Source of the DNA: an uncultured Nitrososphaerota archaeon
Lineage (GTDB): Archaea > Korarchaeota > Korarchaeia > Korarchaeales > Korarchaeaceae
Reading direction: 5' to 3'
NCBI GenBank assembly: GCA_964618805.1
Contig: CAZUBM010000022.1
Span: 1-33,269, forward strand
DNA length: 33,269 nt
In this document: in pieces, positions 29,803 through 33,269 of the stretch
Layout of the letters: each line of letters starts with the position of its first letter
How positions within the stretch are numbered: the stretch's first letter is position 1
Notes under the pieces: model-generated
Databases searched by the model: none
Seen by the model: only the letters and a program-made list of their open reading frames with translations
What the model was told of the DNA's origin: nothing
Made by a program: the position numbers and the translations under genes

Positions 29803-29940
29803 ATGACTGTAAAGAAGGTTTTTGTAGGTTTGGATCTTTTGACCCTGGTCCTAGCTGCGTGCGGTTGCTGTAACGTGCTTACAGCCGAAATCCGCGGATC
29901 CGCTTTTCCAATAAATTCAGCATATAGTGTTAGAGCCTAG
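29803..29940 (+). pseudogene. 5' stub of an exported or lipoprotein gene ending at GCGCGC
   Basis: MTVKKVFVGLDLLTLVLAACGC... is signal-peptide-like; its TAG overlaps the GCGCGC at 29940. Confidence 0.4.
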
Positions 29941-30059
29941 CGCGCTAAGTGGTCAAAAGATCGAAGATCCTTCGTAACTGGTTGTTCATGTTTATTGCTT
30001 TTAACACGTTTTGAATTTCTTACAAAGAAATAAATATGAAGAAGGAAGAATAAGGTCCG

Positions 30060-30269
30060 ATGCTAGTTAAGTTTGAAGTTTACAACGATGGAGAGAATTG
30101 GTGCGCTCGAGGAATAGGGGTGAGCATCTTCACCCAAAGTAAGACCCTAGATGAACTTATGAGTAATCTTAAGGAGGCCGTATCCGTCCACTTCGAGGAT
30201 GAGTTGAAAGAGGGCGAGGAAATAAGTATATTAGTGATTTCTGAGGTAAAGGTGCCTCCTATTGCCTAA
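30060..30269 (+). CDS. hicB: HicB-like antitoxin
   Basis: WCARG..IFTQSKTLDELMSNLKEAVSVHFE. Confidence 0.88.
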   Translation: MLVKFEVYNDGENWCARGIGVSIFTQSKTLDELMSNLKEAVSVHFEDELKEGEEISILVISEVKVPPIA

Positions 30270-30510
30270 GCTGCCGGTAGTCAGCGGAGAAGAGTTGATC
30301 AAATTCTTAAAGAAACTCGGATATGAAGTAATAAGGCAGAGAGGAAGCCACGTTAGGCTGGAAAAGGTTACTAAATTAGGTGTTCATAAAATAACTGTTC
30401 CTAGACACAGGGAAATTGCTAAAGGAACCTTAAACGACATTCTGATAGATGTTGCCTTATGGAATAACATGACAAAGAGCAAGCTAATTGAAATGTTAAA
30501 AGAGAAATAA
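30262..30510 (+). CDS. hicA: HicA mRNA interferase toxin
   Basis: KLPVVSG.ELIK.L...RQRGSHVRL...VPRH.EIAKGTL..I. Confidence 0.92.
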   Translation: MPKLPVVSGEELIKFLKKLGYEVIRQRGSHVRLEKVTKLGVHKITVPRHREIAKGTLNDILIDVALWNNMTKSKLIEMLKEK

Positions 30511-30671
30511 ACATCTTGAGTGAAATCATGAGACAAGATGTCTTTTCTTAAAGTTTTACACATTTAATATAACTAATGGTCTATAAGTCAGCTTAAAGCT
30601 ATCAAGGCAAATGAATCCATCTCTATAACCTAGCGGAGTTATGTTCGTGTGCAGCCCAAGGCAAGATGCTT

Positions 30672-30863
30672 TCACTTCTCTATCTCTGAAAGAGGGATTG
30701 TGTCAAGCTCTCCTCTTTCATAAGCCCTGACATCTTTGTCCAACTCCACAATCTCCTCCTGTGAGAGGGCAAAGAAGCCCATGAAGTTTTCTATTCTTTC
30801 TGTTAGATTTTCAAGTTCTTTTCTTATTGCCTTGAGCTCCCTGATGATCTCCTCCAGAGACAT
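30672..30863 (-). CDS. Orphan RelB-like antitoxin (paralogue of 16842-17033)
   Basis: Near-identical protein; downstream relE reduced to its first codons (TTG CCT TGG GCT). Confidence 0.75.
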   Translation of the reverse strand: MSLEEIIRELKAIRKELENLTERIENFMGFFALSQEEIVELDKDVRAYERGELDTIPLSEIEK

Positions 30864-30977
30864 CTCCGTTTATCCTCGCTTAAGCTTCGTCCTTTAGGTT
30901 TTAAAAGCTTGCCCTCAGTACATACTTTTCTTTGACAGCGTGTGCTCAAAGGCGATAATAGGATTTTCGACCGCACG

Positions 30978-31256
30978 ACGCAGGAAGAAACGCTAGAAAA
31001 AGCAATTGAAAATTTGAAGGAGACTGTCTCTATATCCAGAAGAGGCATATGGAGAAGAGTTGGGACTTCAAAACAGGAAATAGTTGCCATATTCAGCTAC
31101 CTGATTGCATAATCTAGATCTAGAGATATCTCTTATCCTTACAGTCAGTCATTATTCTTATTGAAGAAAGTTTGAGCTCATTTCTAAGTCTGAGGTGTAT
31201 AAGCCTCACTTTCTTCCCGAGAACTTGCTCTTCTTTGCGTTGCTTGCATTGTTGCT
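30978..31256 (+). repeat. Mosaic duplicate: hicB tail + 18388-18520 + CAAX gene 18878-18950
   Basis: Aligned by eye, e.g. ttcttcccgagaactt...gcgttgcttgcattgttgct and taatctagatctagagatatctct. Confidence 0.8.
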
Positions 31257-31426
31257 CCTCTTGGAGAGCCTTTAGGTTTTGAAAACTTGTCCTCCAATTG
31301 TCCTAGTGATTAGAATCATAAATCAAGGAGATCAAAAAGGGCTAGATGGGCCGATTGTACTTCATATGAGCGTATTATAGATTAAGAATTATATACATAC
31401 ACGTATAAGTATTCATAGAAAGTAAT

Positions 31427-31687
31427 ATGTCGCGCACAGTGCCATTAAGGCTTGAAGAGAGAGACCTTAGGCAGGTGGACCTTCTTGTAAGCCTTGGAAT
31501 GTACAAATCTAGGAGCGAAGCCCTAAGAGAACTAATTAGGCTTGGTGTGAAGAGCTTAAAGGGCATATTTGAAATAGCAGAGATCGTGATGAAGCTCGAA
31601 GAACTAGAGAAAAAGGGAGGAGATGTTCCTATTAGACTAAAGGGAGCTCTTAAGCAGCTTTTAGAGGAGAGGGAGAGGTTCAAATGA
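31427..31687 (+). CDS. RHH (CopG/NikR-like) antitoxin
   Basis: VPLRL...VDLLVSLGMYKSRSEALRELI. Confidence 0.87.
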   Translation: MSRTVPLRLEERDLRQVDLLVSLGMYKSRSEALRELIRLGVKSLKGIFEIAEIVMKLEELEKKGGDVPIRLKGALKQLLEERERFK

Positions 31688-32178
31688 GCTATATAGACAC
31701 TAGCGTGATAGTAGCAGCTCTAGACCCGTCTGATCGCAGAAGAGATCAGGCCAGGCAGATTTTGGAGGGAAGAGAGGAGAAATTCATTTCAGAATTGGTT
31801 TTAGCCGAGCTTTCAAGCGTTCTAGCTAGAAGGAAGGAGTTGAAGAAGTTAGCCTCTGAGCTGGGAGTTAGGGAAGATTTAGTCCTGCCTGCCATTTTGA
31901 TCTATCTGATCAAAAGGTTTGGTCTCATCTACAAGAAGGTTAATGGGTTTGTAAGGCTCCCTGCCATAGGGGGACTTTATTCTCCAATGGCATTCGCAGT
32001 AACTTGGTCCACTAAGCTCAGACTTAGGACATTAGATATGATCCATCTCGCATATGTCAAGATAATGAAAGAAGAGGGTTTATCCGTACGAAACATCGTT
32101 ACAGCTGACGAAGAATTTCAAAAAGCAAAGGGAATTACCAAAAAGAAGATCAGTGTTGAAGTATCCATCATCAGATAA
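31684..32178 (+). CDS. vapC: VapC PIN-domain toxin
   Basis: YIDTSVIVA, LAELSSV, LRTLDMIHLAY, VTADEEF. Confidence 0.9.
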   Translation: MSYIDTSVIVAALDPSDRRRDQARQILEGREEKFISELVLAELSSVLARRKELKKLASELGVREDLVLPAILIYLIKRFGLIYKKVNGFVRLPAIGGLYSPMAFAVTWSTKLRLRTLDMIHLAYVKIMKEEGLSVRNIVTADEEFQKAKGITKKKISVEVSIIR

Positions 32179-32433
32179 TTTGAGGTTGTCTGCTTTCTTA
32201 AGACCCTCAAAGACTACAGTGCTTTCAATAATTAGGATCAAGATAGTGTTAAGGAAGTTGAGCGCTGTTCCTTGCTATTCGATAGGTGCTCGTGATCTAC
32301 AACTTGATTTCGATAGTTTTCAGGTCAATGGAATGTTGCTGAACATCCCCTCTAATCCTTAGAATGTCATTTACTAGAACTTCTTTGAACCTTTAGGTAG
32401 ATATGCTAAAAGACTGATTTTGTTGATCAGCTC

Positions 32434-33269
32434 TCAGGGCCTGACATCCACATTAACTATGATCTTGCCTTGATACCCATGTGACTTTGATTCAGCAGTT
32501 ATTATTATAGTGTATACACCTGGAATCTCCCCCTCCTTAGGTGTAATAGTGACTCCAACGTCCTTAGACTTGGATTCCAGCTCATAGAATTTAGTAGGAT
32601 TTGTGGAAAAGCTGATGTCCCACCCTTGGGGCACTTTATCCACCTTTAGCTCTACTTCATCATCTACTAAGCTAGGAAGCTCTATTGAGACAAAGAATGT
32701 GAGAGATTGGCCTCTTTTTAGCTCATAGTGGGCTTTACTGCATTCTTCTGGTAGAGATTTTATTTCCAAAGATGATAAATGATATTCGTCGAAGTAACCG
32801 TAGGATACGCCCACCTCACAACGAGGAAACGTAATGTGCTGAGGGATTAAATAGGTTGGTGGAACGAGCCCGCTCCTTGGCATCCAATAGGAGGACTCGT
32901 ATTCTATCCATCCAAGATCTGGGTAAAGGACCTCGATCCAAACGTGTGCCGCCCTTTCTTCGCGCTCAACATCAGCAACAAAACCTGTAACGTCCCTGCA
33001 AGGTATTCCAGCTGCTCTTAGCAGAGCCAAGGCAAGATTGGCGAAATTAACGCAGTTTCCAACTTTGTTCTCTAGCGTCCTTTTGGCGTCCGCAAAGGGA
33101 ACTCCATAGCAAGCAATCATACTCTTCGAACACGTGTAGGTGATGTGCTCCCTTACCCATCCGATTATCTTAAGAGCGGCTTCCATCTGAGTTTTGGATC
33201 CCTTCGTAAGGGATTCTGCCAAGCTTTTGATTTGTGGATCGTCGACCTGTATGTATGGAGTTGATTCCA
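32434..33269 (-). CDS. Transglutaminase-like domain protein with an Ig-like C-terminal domain (5' end beyond window)
   Basis: GNCVNFA, RAAGIP, HVWIEV, GWIEYE triad; VPQGW Ig-like tail; frame open to the window edge. Confidence 0.85.
   Translation of the reverse strand, partial: ESTPYIQVDDPQIKSLAESLTKGSKTQMEAALKIIGWVREHITYTCSKSMIACYGVPFADAKRTLENKVGNCVNFANLALALLRAAGIPCRDVTGFVADVEREERAAHVWIEVLYPDLGWIEYESSYWMPRSGLVPPTYLIPQHITFPRCEVGVSYGYFDEYHLSSLEIKSLPEECSKAHYELKRGQSLTFFVSIELPSLVDDEVELKVDKVPQGWDISFSTNPTKFYELESKSKDVGVTITPKEGEIPGVYTIIITAESKSHGYQGKIIVNVDVRP

Larger units (their letters stand above)
14588..29945. repeat. Dispersed palindrome (A)GCGCGC(T) at module junctions, 12 loci
   Basis: 14588, 18042, 20366, 20664, 22012, 22135, 22670, 22903, 25858, 27077, 27555, 29940. 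Confidence 0.7.

Noticed and set aside
29867-29937. Possible attC hairpin (CTGTAAC...GTTAGAG)
   Set aside because: Pairing is poor, spacing atypical, there are no further copies or integron integrase, and a gene stub explains it better.
96-31683. Other short ORFs overlapping recognised genes (e.g. 96-341, 4218-4466, 16060-16299, 23264-23587, 31375-31683)
   Set aside because: Antisense or alternative-frame shadows with no motifs.

Overview
Archaeal defence and toxin-antitoxin island, probably from a thermophilic TACK-type archaeon (inferred from TATA-like promoters, HerA/NurA, tungsten-type AOR and VapBC/UPF0150 families). It holds about 11 apparently complete TA pairs (6 VapBC-type, RelBE, HicBA, DUF2283-DUF4258, an AbiE-like nucleotidyltransferase pair and an RHH-PIN pair) plus orphan antitoxins whose toxins are deleted. 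At 1.9-8.3 kb is a candidate multi-gene defence locus: a Cas4-like 4-Cys PD-(D/E)XK nuclease divergent from a HerA-NurA pair with no Mre11/Rad50, then a small Trp-rich protein, an amino-methyltransferase and a type II-like REase. Between modules lie many fragments of unrelated genes (adenylate kinase, ferredoxins, ChlD, MarR, type IIG MTase). From 14.5 to 30 kb many fragment and module boundaries fall on the palindrome (A)GCGCGC(T), found at 12 loci, which suggests a sequence-directed cut-and-join or recombination process. Six genes are broken by single-base homopolymer indels, which may be sequencing error. I saw no CRISPR array, rRNA, tRNA, intact transposase or integrase.
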